Shown here: positions 12,789-26,699 of the stretch, in pieces | Position numbering within the stretch: the first letter of the stretch is position 1 | Layout of the letters: every line of letters begins with the position of its first letter | Assembly: GCA_026770705.1 (NCBI GenBank) | Contig: JANJGN010000018.1 | Location: 40,920,001-40,984,000 of the forward strand | Length of the DNA: 64,000 nt | Origin: Isurus oxyrinchus | Lineage: Eukaryota | Reading direction: 5' to 3' | The notes under the pieces: model-generated | Told to the model about the DNA's origin: nothing | Database searches by the model: none | Seen by the model: the letters and a program-made list of their open reading frames with translations, nothing else | Made by a program: the position numbers and the translations under genes

Positions 12789-15700
12789 GTAAGAATACTG
12801 CCTGGTGTACTGTTGTCACATAGACCAGTAATCCTTGTTTGTGCTAAATTAGCTAATAAAAAATAGGACAGTCCCCGGAATTGCTCTCAATTACCTCTGA
12901 CCAGGAGAAGAAAATCAGCCAGAGTTCCACTAATTGCTGCCCATTAATGGCTGTTGGAAAGTGTGCAAATATCTGGTGCAAACGGGATTGGGTTTAGCTG
13001 TGAGACCTTTCAAGGCAGGCTAGCTATTTTGGTTCGCACATTTACCTTGGGTTAGTAACTGCCCACAGAATCATAACTCAGCAGGTGTCAGTGCTTTCAG
13101 GTATAATTCGAAGAGCAAAACAACCAAAAGAGCATTCCAAAGAAGTCACAAGAACTTGAGGAAAACACAAAAAAAGGGCAATAATTTTAACTAACATTGC
13201 TCATTATGTTGGGTATGTTCTATGAATAGAACTTTTCATAGATGAGCCAAAATATAGCAAGATAATAAAATGTAATCACACTTAATCTGTTTAACAATTA
13301 CATCTAAATATTTGGGTGCAGATTTTTTTTTCTGCATCAAAGACCAGCGATCCTATTTCACCACTTTTCCATTTTAACTTTCCTTGTCACATGGATAATT
13401 TACCTTTCAAGGTGCACCAGCTTGTGGTCTTTTCCCAATTTTGTGAACAGTTTATAGTCAGCATCCAAGAATGGTATTGGTATTAGAGATTAGCCTTGTT
13501 TCAAGGGTATCGCTCTTATCTCAGAATCAGAGAAAGTGCTGCACTGATGGAGGCAATGACCTAGAAATTCAGGTTTCTGATTTAGGCATGCAACCTTTAG
13601 AGTGCAATTTGGCTGCTCTGTTTCCCTACATCACAATAGTGGCTGCACCTCAAAAATACTGCATTAGCTGTGTAGCATTTTGGGGAATCCTCAAGTATAG
13701 ATACCAGACCTCGTATCCAAGAGGCTCAGGACCGGACATGTAGCAGATATGGTGATTTTCCAGCTTTTGGGTCCTGGGGTGGAGCTGGTGTAGGATAACT
13801 TAAAGCCGGGTTGATTTCTCCATCGAGCTGGACCCAGCTGAGACAGGAAAAGGATGGGATGTGGGGCTGACCACACCAATTTCTGCCGTTAATCCCAGAC
13901 CCAAAGAGCAGGGGATCAGTGGACTGCCACCCGGATATAACAGACAGCAATGCCTGGTGGGGTTTATAGTTTCCAGTGCAGGACCCAGTCTGGATTTTGG
14001 GAGGCCGGATTACGGGTATGGTACCTGTGTGGAAAGGTGCAATAAAAGTTTTTTTCTTTACTTATTTTCTAATCAGCCAGGTGCTTGTAGGAATCGCTGA
14101 GTTTAAATGTAAAAATGGCATGAATGAGGGTTTCAGCAGTAGATGAGCTGAGGTAGGGGCGAAGTCGAGTGGTATTTTGGAGCTGGAAATAGTCAGTCTT
14201 AGTGATGGCATGAATATGAGGCTGGAAGCTCAACTTGGGATCAGATGTGACACCAAGGTTGCAAACAGATTGGCTTAATCTCTAACTATTGCCAGGGAGA
14301 GGGATGGAGTTGATAGCTAGGGAATGGAGTTGGAGAGGTGACCAAAAACAATGTCTTTCCAATATTCAATTGGATGAAATTTCTGCTCATCCAGTGCTTG
14401 ATGTTGGATAAACAATTCAATAGTTCAGCAACAGTGGGCACGCAAGCGGTGGGGTGGGGGGGCAGGTGGGGGGGTGGGTGCCAGTCTGAAAAATTCCCTT
14501 GGAGGCCTTTCCACTAGCTTCCTGCCTGCTCCCAGCCTGTTCAAAATTTTATTGGGGGTGGACGAGGCCTATGGCGACTGCTCACCCTTTCCCCAATTGA
14601 GGCCTTTAAGTGGCCACTTAATGGTTGTTTCCTACACAGCCTCAATTTTGTGCAGGCCTCGTGGGAACAGAGGCCTCCATCACCAGCCACCTTTTCCTGG
14701 TTGGGATAGCCCCCCCAAGGTCTTCCCCCTCCCCTGACCTCTCCATCAATAACCACCTGCCCATATCACCTCCCAGGCCCCTCCTCACAATCCCACTGCA
14801 ACACCCTTCAGCACTTACCTCCATCCTGGCTCTGGAACTTAGACTCATGGAACTGGGTGTAGTCTCAACAGTGGCCACTGCTCCCATTGGTGCTGCTGGG
14901 ACTATAGCCAATTAACACTCTTTGGAATGTTGAATTACTGAGGAGAAGCCAGCATCAGTGAGGATAGGTTCCCTGCCAACTCTGTAGGTGAAATCCTGCC
15001 TAGTGGAGGAGACTAGAGAGATGGTAATGAGGGGGAACTGGGTGTCATCAGCATACATGCAAACCTAACATTCTGTTTTTGGACTAATATAGCAAAATGT
15101 CCCAAGGTGCTTCACAGAAGCATTGTTAAACAAAAAACCAGTGTTAGATGGAAATGAGAAGTGATGACTAAATGCTTGGTCAAAGAGGTAGGTTTTAGGA
15201 TGTATGTTAGAGGAGGTAGAAGGAGATGCTTGAAAGAAACCATAAATTCTCTTCCCTATTCTGGCCAACCTTACGTACTCGTGACCACAAGGAAGTAAAG
15301 GATGCAATGGTGGTTTAAAGAAAGTTGCAGTGTGAATATCAGAATCAGAAAATAAAACTGTGTGAGCCAAACAAAATGAGGTCCAACAGCGAAAGTTTGC
15401 TGTTTACTTACTACTAAAATCAGCAACTGAGACTAACAGATAAGAAACGAGTGTCTAAAACTCACTGTGCCTTGCCTCTAAGGCTGCTCAGTTTAAACGC
15501 TGTCTGGTGTCCTTGTCGACAGCTCAGGACAGCAGGTTAACATCCCAAGCAGTCAGCTGGCACCTTCAAGGTGGTTAAGGGAACCTGAGTGATTTGAAAT
15601 GTTCGAAGGTTTCAACCAGGCAGTTAGTTAGCATCACCCTCAAAGATTTTTTCGTGCCAAGTTTCATGTTCTTTTAGAAGAAGGTGAAATTAGTCAACAA

Positions 15701-16509
15701 TAATAGTACAGAATAGGCTTATAATGAAATAGTAGCTAGTTGCACCCGATTTTCTTAATTCCAATGGAAAATTGGTTGCCATGTGAAATTAATTGTAAAT
15801 TAGATACCTGCCATTTTACACTATTGGCGGCAATCAGTTCAGAGTCCAGTGATCATTCTTACAGCTCTTTTCTGCACTGTCTCTGGAGCTTGATTTTTTT
15901 TCTCATGTGACCAGAACTGGAGACAGTATTCAACGTGTGTGGCGTGACCACATTTTGCTTTGTGGCTACAGAATGTGAAGTCTACCTATATCCCTGTACC
16001 TCTTTCGCCTTCATTTTCAGCTATTTTATCATGAGTTGTGAAGTAAATATAACATCCATTTGTCTTCATAAGTAAGCTACGCACTTTCCAGACCTCCATA
16101 AACTTTCATAGCTTTGGGTATTCTGTTGCTTTCAACCAACCTCAAGTCTTTCACAGCAACAAAGAATAGCTTTCTGGCTACATAAAATTTCCTAAATTAG
16201 GTCAGTTTCCAGACAAAGATCAGACATGTCCAGTTAACTGCATATATCTTTTTTTTAACACTTTTCTCATATGAGTACAGAGTGAAAATCAAAAATACTG
16301 TTGAAACAATGCCAATGATATTGTCATATTTTGCTAAACAGTAAAATACCCAAATGTTAATGGCTTGTTTGATTAATCCACAATTGTAAAAAGACGTGCA
16401 TACTTCCTGCTTGTTCTGCTGTGTACAGCTTATAAGGTCATCATTTTTAAACTTGTCTGACCTTTCAATGTGTAACAAGTAAGATATTAAGACACACCTT
16501 ACCATATCC

Positions 16510-17836
16510 CTGTGGCTGAACCTGCCTCATCAACTTCCCCCTTGTCCTCACTTAACTTCCCTCCTCCTCCACTGTGGGCGACAGGCCACTTAACTGTGTT
16601 CATCTCATTTTCTGTACTTTTGTTCCACCCCTTCCCAGCAATGTGATAGGGTTCCCTTTTTCCCAACTTCCACCCCACTAGCCTCCACATTTAAATGGAT
16701 CATCCTCTGCCATTCCTCCAATCAAATGTGATGCCACCTACAGACACAACGTCCCTTCTGCTTTCAGCATTCTGAAGCTAGGGACTGTTCTCTGCATGGC
16801 ACTCTTCAATCACCCCCAGCATCCCCTCCCCATTCCACAGCACCTTCACATGCAAGCTCAGGAGATGCAACACCCCGGCCTGAAATCTCTGTTTCCACCA
16901 GCCAGGGCCCCAAACACCCCTTCCGAGTGAAACAGCAATTTACTTGCGCTTCTTTCAATTTACTATACTATATTTATTCCTCTTAATGCTGTACCGTGTA
17001 CAGTGGGGAGGTCAAATGCAGATTGGATGATTGTTGTTCAGAACACCTTCACTTCTCGTTAGTCACTTCTCATTTTAATTCTACATCCTCATCCCACTCT
17101 GACCTCTGTGTTCTCAGCCCCCTACATTGTTCTATTGGAGGTCAATGTTAGCTCGAGAAACAGCACCTCATCTTTCAACAATGAGCACAACCATTTTAGA
17201 TCATAGCTTCGGCTCCTATTTTTTATTTTTTGGAATGTAGTTACTGGTACTGATTCTGTTTTTGGCATTTTCAGCCCACTGGCTGCATCTTTTTGTTTTT
17301 TTACTTGTCCCATTACCCACTCTCTTTTGTCCTCTTCGCTTTTCACTATCATTTTTTTGTCATTTATGATGTTGTAAGATCCCACCTCTGAGACCATGTA
17401 TTAAGTTCGTTGCGACTGGCCAAGGAACGGTTGCAGAGACAAAGATACATCTGAGCAGTAACTGGTTTATTGGATGAACTTTACCACGTATAGATATACA
17501 CACTACAGGTGTTACTCTGTCTAAACCATGAGCTTTCTCCTTTCTGACTCTTTGCCATGTGTCTCTCTCTTACATCATCATGCAGGTGGTATGGTTTTTC
17601 CAGTTCCACACATTAACTCTTTCGACCATGAACACCGTAATACTACAATTTAATTTCTCCTGCCTGCACTTTCTGCTCTTTCCCCCCACCACCCTCTTGC
17701 TGCACTTGCTTAAAAATTTACTCATCTCTAACTTTTTCCAGCTCAGACAAAATGGCATTGGCCTGAAATGTTAAGTCTGTTTCTTCTTCCACAGATGCTG
17801 CCTGACTTGTTGAGTATTTCCAGCATTTTCTGTTTT
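16510..17836 (+). mobile_element. Older degraded Penelope-like element 3' part (GIY-YIG region and terminus)
   Basis: Recognisable homology to 61200-62340 (cccaaacacccctt..gtgaaacagcaatttacttgc; cagcacctcatctt; cagatgctgcctgacttgttgagtatttccagcattttctgtttt), with many indels. Confidence 0.8.
17367..17647 (-). mobile_element. Probable solo LTR (281 bp) nested in the old Penelope copy
   Basis: Begins TG and ends CA, flanked by the 5-bp direct repeat ATTTA (17362-17366 and 17648-17652). AATAAA is present on the minus strand near 17466. Confidence 0.65.
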
Positions 17837-18378
17837 AACCCCTGTCACTTAGTAACTGTTCTCTTTTTTCCATACTGATAGAAATTCCTGAAAAATATGG
17901 GGGAGTATTAATCCCCAAAAATGTGTGGATTTGGTTTGGGTGGGAGGTTAAAAAGTTAAAAATCTGAAACAGGAACCCAATGTATCAAGCATTGTCCTCA
18001 GTGCCATCTTTAGCACGCCAATTGTTTGTTCAGTCATGTTTCTATGATGGCATGGCCCTCATTGCAGGCCAGCTCTGCACTGTGCCCAAGTTTCTATCAG
18101 GAGTCATGCCCAAAGGAAATAGTCCTTGTCACCCAATAGCCATCTGTAGCTTGGCATTGGCATTTTGATTGGAATGAAGACGACACTGAGGACTGACACA
18201 GGATGAAGGAGTCATGATCGCTGCCAGGATGTGCTGCTAACTAGCGGTGAGTTGAGGAGTGAAATGCAATTCAACTGTTAAAGATGCCAGACTGGTGATG
18301 GGTGATTACTCAAGACAATATGGATGCAGTCTGTGTCACCTTGCACACTGGGGAAGTCTGCCATATGGATGACACCGA

Positions 18379-19558
18379 GGGTGGAATTTTTGTGCCCATT
18401 GACGGAGGGCATGCTTGCCGTAAGCGGACAATATGGTGAGGCCAAAAATTGGTTTCACAATGTCGTGAGACCATTTGCAATTGTCCACTCTGCCCGTCAA
18501 TGATGGGCTATATTTCCCACCGTCAGACATTGGGAACTTCATTGTAATACATCTGTATATCATTATAAGCCCAGCTCACTGGAACCATCGCCTAATGCAG
18601 GATCATCTGAAAAGCCAATGTGTTTCACAACTGTGCATAAGCGACTTGCACCTGATGAGCTGCACTTCACTTGGGAGTTTGAGGTTTGTTTGCCTATCTT
18701 GCTTCGGGTAGCACTCACGGTCATCAGCGCCAGGCTTTGCACACAGTACCACATCACTTTTAGGGGGCCTCATGGGCAGGTATCTACCTACCAGAGCAGC
18801 CATTAAGCAGGGTCATTTTATAATGGCTGCAAGGCTATGGCTTGCTTGGGGAAGGGGGAAAAGTGACTTCATTCAGGAGAAGAGGCTGCAGGGTGAGGGC
18901 TATACCGAGGAAAGGGGTATCCCAGGGTATGTGTGAGGGCACAAGTTGACCTGTGCAATGGGCCTCAAGATGGTGAGGGCTGAGGAGGCAATGTCTCTTG
19001 AGCTGACAGTAAGTGAGATGCCAGTGAATGTGTGTATGAATTTGGAGTGATAAGATGGTTGCCTTACCCTGGTGGCACAGATGAGATCATTCATCCTCCA
19101 TCTGCATTGGATGACCAAACTCTTGTGTACAGCATTTACAATGATCACCACTACATTGCCTATGAAGCCAGAGTGGTGAGATTGTTGCCCCTCCTGTGGC
19201 CAGAGCTGGGGTAGAGAACTTCACGACAGGCCTCCAGGGTGTTCAAAAGGTGTTCCGGGGACGTGTCACTGAATCAGGGGACTGCATTCTCCTTACATTT
19301 TGGGGCTATGCCTTCTGTGCAGCAGTGCTGGGCTGGAAGCAGAGAGGTGTGTGCGCGGCTGCACTTTAAGTATAGTACTTGGTGTGAGGAAGCAGTGAGG
19401 TGATGGTGTGGCGGGCAAATGAGAGCTTGCCCACCATTGAAATGGCATGTTTCCCTGGATTGCATGATTAATGAGGCAGGATTGGGATGATACGGCGTGA
19501 AAACATTCTTTTTCCTGCCTGCTACCGTACTTAGTGCAAATCTGGGACAATCCATCCC
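18379..19558 (-). mobile_element. Harbinger-type non-autonomous element carrying a decayed Myb/SANT exon
   Basis: Starts GGGTGGAATTTT and ends ATCCATCCC. Homologous in reverse to 58182-59373. Confidence 0.62.
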
Positions 19559-21005
19559 TAGTGTTCTCTTGTCCTGCTTTGCTGTGTCCATGAGGAATGA
19601 GATGTTAAATGTTTCTCCTAGCTTTGAGAGCCTTGCTGACCTCCTTAATTGATGCAGCAGTGGGCTGTGAACCGAGATATGTTGCTGATAGCTGCTGCAG
19701 CCTGAAAGGAGGGCATGGCGCATAAGTTACAGGCTAGGGTGACCTTGATAGTTAGATGCCCAAGTCCTGGCCTGAGGCTCGAGTTGTGCCTACAACAAGT
19801 GACATAGCTCAGGGACATCTTCCTTTTAGATGTGAAGCTGCCTCAGATGTTTGTTAGTGAAGCTTATGTAGGGGAAGTGCTTGCTGAATATACATTGTGG
19901 ATAAAGTCTCCTGCACAGTATCCTTCTCCTCTACATTCTTATTGCTGCTGCTCATACTCCAGTCACTTTTCTTTGCTGTTCCCCATCCAGACTACCCATG
20001 GTTGTAGTCAATTTGTATCCCAATTAAGGCATCCGAAAACAATGTAACACCAGCAAAATCATCTTTGCAGCTGTCAAGCCTAACTTTCCTGGATTGGAAA
20101 ACAGGGCAAAAAACAGGCAGATGTCAACCAGCAGCCTAAAATATGAAACCAGCAACTAACCTGCAAACACTACATGGTCCCTTGAAATAGCACTGATGTT
20201 GAGAATTCTAGGGCTAGAGTTACTATTATGTTGACCTGTTCAAATGCAATCTTTGCTTTTGAAACTAATCGGTGTTTAATTTGTCACTTTAAGTTTAAGT
20301 TATGCTTTTTCTTCCTTATTTTATATCTTGTTCAGGTTATCAGATGATAACTTGATGATACAGATATTGATCATGCTTCTTTGTGCATGCTGCCTGAAGC
20401 TTTTTCTCGGCATTATGTTCATGATTAAGAACCACAAACACTTCTGTCAAACACTGCTGTCTGAATAACGTGTTGTGTGATCGAATTTCTGTAAAGCTGA
20501 AGTACTCAAAACAGCAGCTGTAGGTTACATTAACTCCACCGCAACGAGCAACTGCACAATTTCAGTTAGAATTTAAATTCACAAAGGAAGAGGTTTTCTG
20601 CATAGGTTAAAACACAATACAAAAAAACATACAGAGGACATAATGGTCTGATCTCTCAGTGGGTGGAAAGAGGTTACTACGGATGTTAATTGTACATTTT
20701 CTTTCTCGTTAAGTTATTTTCATCATGGAGTATTTAACAGATTAGAATATAGAAATGTCCATCAATTGTGTGCGGATGCTTTTTAGGTCACTATTGAATA
20801 TATAGGAGCCAGAGGTCCATCTGAGCTGGAATTGGGTTTGGGCTTTATCAGAAGAAATATTTGCAGCCCCCTTTACTGCACTTCAAATGTATGGCTAGTG
20901 ACCTGCCCTGGTTTCCATTTATTCTTACAGTTCTTAAGAGAGCATGAAGGGAACATCATGAAGCACTTTTTAAAAAATGTGCTCCCATTGTTTAATTAAA
21001 CATTT

Positions 21006-21994
21006 GGGCTGAAAATTGGATATGGCCCTCTCAGGCGCATGGGGATTGTGATGCACAATTACCCTTATCGGATCAAAACTGTGCTGCCTGCTCATCTCCA
21101 TGTTTGTGGTGTGCAGTCCAATGCTAAATGAATCAGCAGGACGCCCACGTTTGAGCAATTCTAGCATGCGTGCAGGCTGGCTTTAAGAGATGTAGGTTAG
21201 CTTTAAAACCAGCCTGTACCTGTTAAAGAGGCGGCACATTTTGGTTGCAGCAGGCTTTGGAATGGGATCTGGGAGTGTTTCTCAAAAGGAAGTGTGAATA
21301 ATGGAACAGCAGGCCAGGGAGGAAGCTCCCAAGTCCCGTGCTCTCCAACATACTGGAGGCTCAGTGAAGGAGACAGAAATGAGGAAGGAAGGCATCTTTC
21401 TGCGGGAGCCAGAGATCCACGAGACATTTACTTTGAAGGGAATGTGAGCAGATAGCCACAGAGGTTATTGCAAGGAGTCTGGTCTTCAGGGCTAATGCAA
21501 CAGGCATTGTTGAACCATCTGGAATGAAAGTATGTTCCTACTTTATGCATCTTCTCAAATACCACTATGCTCTCATCCCGTAATCTAGTATAAATTACAA
21601 GCTGCAGATGATGTGATCACTCACCTCTTCTTTTCAAAACCACATCATCTGAAAACCTTAAGCCAATGCCTTTAAATCATGCTCAGGTGGTGTAAGCCTT
21701 GTGCAGTTGAACAGATGTTCACGTGTGTGTGTTTAAGGGAGCATGTTAACAGGACCTGAGGCTCAAAATGGCAGGTCAGGCACAAAATTAGCAATAGACT
21801 CTGACTGACATCACAATCTGCCCACTCCACATGCCTTTGGTGCAGGCACAAGATGGCAGCACTATCACCTTTCCTAAGGCCCCACCCAGGCTCCTATAGC
21901 ACTGAAACCAGGAAGGCTTCAGGGCTGTAACTGGCAGTCTAAGTTGTGTTGAACGGATTTGACAATAGGTGCTGGCATTGCAGCATTTCAGCCT
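21006..21994. mobile_element. Old Harbinger-like element remnant
   Basis: Termini GGGCTGAAAA / TTTCAGCCT, with weak Myb-exon-like sequence at ~21300-21530. Confidence 0.35.
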
Positions 21995-23045
21995 GGATTA
22001 TAGAACTCAGGTACTCTATCATAGTCATTCTGTAAACCCAGCACATTCTATCATAATATAATTAGGCACATTTCATGTAAGAGTGGCTGATCCGAGAGTC
22101 TCTATCGGAATGATGTTCCATTGAGAATGTTCCCTTAATGTGCCCTTCTCACTTGCCTTCCTGCAGTTTATGTAATGCCATACTCTCTAAAATCAGAGAC
22201 AGAAATCAAATACCCTCTCATTTTTACTTTATTTTTGTAAGATACAACTTTCAGCATTTTTCTTAGAAAACACAAAGAACGTTTGTAAATTTTAAATTAA
22301 TAGCCGTACAAAATGGAAAGCTTTCCATTAAAAGTTAACTTGCCAGAGTAAGGTGGTTTATCTATATCTATGTATAATATAGATAAAATAATCTAATTTT
22401 ACATAGTCACATGAAGCCAGACAAAAATAGCAATATCAGGAGATTATTTAATAGCATGTAATCCCGCTGTGGCAGTAATTATTTTGTTCTCCCTGTTCCT
22501 TCTGACAACATTGACTTTTGTAGGCTTATGAGGATCAATTTTAAATACTGGCAAAAGGCCTCAGCCAATTAGAGGCACAGGTCTCATTTGTGTTCAGTTG
22601 ATGAGCTGCAGGTACTAAATGGATAATGCCCTGTTAAAACTCGCCAGTTCTGAGAGGCAGGAAATTGATCAGCTCCTGCATTGTCAGTCAGAGGCTGGTG
22701 GAGGGGTGGGGGAAGAGACCTTGAATGGGCTGGCAGCAGCCCAGATTTTTTTTTGTGTGAACCCAGGAAACCTCACAAAAATGGAGATTAAACACTTCCT
22801 GGTTAGTTTGGCGAGCAACTTTCAGTAATCCCCTTCAAGACCATTAGTAGGCCACCTACAAAAAGGAGCATGTGTTGTTCATGGGCCTCACATTTGCACC
22901 TCAAATTTTTCAAATCAGGGTCTTTCTTGCTTGTGGAGGCACAGTAGTGGGACTGCTACTGCTCCATTCCCATCGGGTAGGCCAAGTTAAAATCTGGCCC
23001 CACTGCGACCATCCAATACCTGATTTAGCTATTTTTATAGCTATT

Positions 23046-23424
23046 GGGGGAGGCAGTGGCATAGTGGTAATGTCACTGGACTAGTAATTCAGGGGCCCAG
23101 GTTAATACTCTGGGGATGTGGGTTCAAGTCCCACAGGAATTTGGACCTAATTAATAAATTCAGGTATATAAAGCTAGTCTCAGTAATGGTGACCCTGAAA
23201 CTATCATTGTTTGTCATAAAAGCCCATCTGGTTCACCAATGCCCTTTAGGGAAGGAAATCTGCCTTCCTTACCTGTTCTGGCCACATGACTCCAGATCCA
23301 CAGCAAAATGGTTGACTCTTAACTGTCCTCTGAAATGGCAAGCCACTCAGCTCAAGGGCAATTAGGGATGGGCAACAAATGCTGGCCTTGCCAGTGCCAC
23401 CCACATCTCAAAAGATTTTTAAAA
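23046..23424 (+). mobile_element. tRNA-derived SINE (HE1-like)
   Basis: A box TGGCATAGTGG (23057-23067) and B box GGTTCAAGTCCC (23121-23132). The 3' tail CTCAAGGGCAATTAGGGATGGGCAACAAATGCTGGCC is shared with the HER1-like LINE. Confidence 0.8.
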
Positions 23425-25698
23425 ATCTCTATGTATGAATCTGGACAGCAAGTGTAAGAGGCCTATTTGACCACAGGCATTATACCCATGTCCAATTCTG
23501 TTCTTACCAATTGTCTACAGTGTCCTCTAGTAGGAATAATGAGAAACTGCAGGTGGTTCCAGTGCTAGCTTGGAAAGAGGCGGACATAAAAAAAAATCGA
23601 TGGTGGTAGTGATCTTCAATGTCAATAATTATACAGATTGCTGTAGGTGTCATCCAGCAGATGGTTTATCTTTGAAACTGTCTCTCTGCCAACCTGCAGC
23701 CTGAACAGACAGTGGACCTCAGTCTGTGCCTTGTCCTCATATGATTGGCGACATGGGGGTTTGGAAAGTTGAACTCTAATGCCAGCTGATCTCCTTGGCA
23801 TACATTTGTTCATCTAAGAATATTTTGTGGCTAAAATAATACATTTGGAGTGCTTTAAAAACAATTCCCCATCATTAATTTTACATTGATATGGCAACTG
23901 GTGGAGGATTCTGTAACCTTGCTGCCTTGAGCTGCTGTAAATGTTTGTTTCAAAGCGCTTTTCCTATTCCCTTCTTTAGCTTGTTTCACGGTATTCTTGG
24001 AACTGGTTCAACTTTAATTAAATTTCTGGTGATTCGGTACACAATATTTGACTGTACACAAATTTTCCCTACTTGTAAAAATGCCCAAAAAAGTAAAAAC
24101 ACTAAAATGCTATTGAAAACAATGACAATAAAAAAAAACTTCTTCAAAGGACCCTTGGATATATCCAATCAAAATCTTAATATAAAAATCAAAGTTATCA
24201 AAGTTGTCTGAATAGCCCATCCTTTTCACCACATAGACCTAAAATAAGATTTATAAAAAATGCCTACTTCCTCATGCATGGCCAGATAAATGCCATCATA
24301 GCACATAACCATTCTGACTCTAGCTGCACAAATGTACACACTGCCACACATAATACTGTCTCAGTAAAGTCTATCTCTGATCCCAGAAATTTTGCCACAC
24401 ATCTGGACTACAATTCCCATGAATTACTGAGCTGCCTGGTCCTACCACAACATGTGTAAGGCCTTTAGCACAATGCATATAGAAAATAATCCTGTCTCCA
24501 GTCATGTCCTGATCCGATCTTTCAGGAACAAAAAATTAAACTTATCTCTCTTCTATCTGTCAAAACAATCATCTTTCTGTCTGAGATCACAGGATACGTA
24601 CAAACCATGAAAGCTTTTTCATCCATTTCCAATAACCCAGCTGGAACCCCACAGCCATCCCTTGCCCCAACAATTAACTAGCTTTGCTCTATTCAAGATT
24701 TCATTCCAAATGCTGCACATTCTTTGCAAGAGTTTCCTGTGTTCAATTCCAAATTTATCATTCACCCCAGTTTGAATTCATTTCCCTTCTCCCCAGTGTC
24801 TGGGCTTGTTGTTAAGCTTTAATCTAACATGGTGCTCTCATTGTATCTTTATAATACATTTTACTGTCTTATATACTTCAATGGGGTCCCTTTCAGCCAC
24901 CTCCTTCAAGGCTGAATGACAAAAGTTAATCCAGCCTCACACTATGGTTCAGCTTTGTGGCTCTTCTCTGTACCATCTCAAGGGTTTGAACGATTGTATC
25001 CCAGTGACAAAACTGACCACTGTACAAACGGTGTGGTCTGACCATACACTTTGTAGATACTGAATAACATCCACCAACTTTTTCTCTGCTGATTTAGCAA
25101 TTAAGTTAAGCATTTTTGACAAGCCCAACCCTGGGCAAAAATTCAATTATAATACATTGCTCTCCAAGTGTTAGATTTCTGTTAGATTTTTAGAATCTAA
25201 AACTCTTTGATTATTTTGTTATTTTTGACTCCCTGGTGCTCTGGATTTGGAGCAATGGCTGCAAGGATTTCAATAATGTGGAAACTATTGAAGGATTGAA
25301 AAGCATTGTACGTTTTAGGTTTGAATTGAGGAACTGAAAAGTACAAGAAGGAAGTTCACAAATATTAAGCATTGGCAATAAAGAAGCAAAACAATTGGGC
25401 TGTTTGAACCAGGAGAGAAACTGAGCTTTTCAACATATTGTGATAAGACTGAATAACGTATTTACAAATTTCTTGTTAGGCAAGGTTTACCAATGTTAAT
25501 TTTTTAAAAAGTTATAATGTGCAAGATGAATGGATGCCCTCAAATTGCATTTATGTTTTAACTTTTTGTTTGGCTGGGATACAGTGTAAATATTTTCTTA
25601 ACCACAAGTGATATTTTGCTGCTATTTATGACAGTTCCTATAGCAACAATAGAGTTACAAAAATAAGGAAGTACAAAATTCTATATTACATTGTCTTC

Positions 25699-25898
25699 TT
25701 ATTCACCCTTAGTATCATCAATGAATGTTTCTATTGGTGTCCAAAGACTCTTCTCATTATTAGGTTTCTGCGGTTTCTTTGGCCTCAGGTAAAGATAAAG
25801 TACAATAATGATCAGAGCTATGAAGACTATAAATGGGTAGGCAAATATGAAGTAGAAGAGAGATGGTGAGGCACAGGCCTTCGAGTGAAGAGTGGCAA
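25699..25898 (-). CDS. CD101: CD101-like terminal coding exon: stalk, transmembrane helix and short cytoplasmic tail
   Basis: Acceptor with a long T-run ending ctag|, phase 1. Encodes VATLHSKACASPSLFYFIFAYPFIVFIALIIIVLYLYLRPKKPQKPNNEKSLWTPIETFIDDTKGE*. The C-S-x-x-LFYF-x-F-x-x-PF TM start is typical of CD101/IGSF3; EKSLW resembles the CD101 tail as I recall it. Confidence 0.85.
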
Positions 25899-26699
25899 CT
25901 AGAAAAAAAAAGGCAAAATAAGTTAGAAATAATATTCTTTGATACATTAGAAATATAATCACAGACCATACAATCTGGAATGAAGGTTGGAACTTTTTTT
26001 CTGACAGGTTAACTGAGCTGCAATTCCAGGATTTTCAACTGTACAGCAAAATTGAACAGAATATGACTTGAGTTATATCAAGGCCACATATGATTTCAAT
26101 CTTCACCTCAAGTCATCAGGTTCTCTGTTCAGTGGGGAAGTGTAAAATACCGAATTTATTATAAAGATGAAGGAGGCTTTCCAGTTTTAAAATACTAAAG
26201 TTACAACCACACATCATGATCTTCCTTGTCCTGGAGGGGAAGCTTTCGATTTTCAATTCTAAAAAGGATTTTGATTATACAGAAAAATTATTATTCTAGT
26301 TTACCATTAAACATTCAGCTTACACACTTTGACTCAAGTCAAACAACACATTTCTGGATTTGCACTCTCTTCAGCAACTACATTAACAAGTTGAGAGAGA
26401 CCTAGGAGTCTTAATAGACTCAACATTCATCAACAATTTATTTTAGTAGACTCAGCAATGCAGAACAGCAATCAATAAGTAAACAGTACGTGCAATCACA
26501 AACACATAAACCCCACTTTTAGTACTATGCCTGATTTTAATAAGGGAGACATTTATGCGATTATGGTAGGTCAAGAGCCACAAAACTGATTGCTGTTCCT
26601 GGGGCTCAGAGTGGAGAAAAGATAAGAGAAACATGGGCTTTTCTGTCCCAATAAGACACACAGAAAATCGAAGGATAGGAAAAGTCCAGCTTGCTTATC

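Noticed and set aside
16500-17852. 14-bp TSD for the old Penelope copy (ATCCCTGTGGCTGA vs ACCCCTGTCACTTA)
   Set aside because: Too many mismatches and an uncertain 5' boundary; not counted.
2000-25000. Expected downstream neighbour gene (TTF2 follows CD101 in mammals)
   Set aside because: No recognisable TTF2 or other host coding exon was found by eye; small exons could have been missed.
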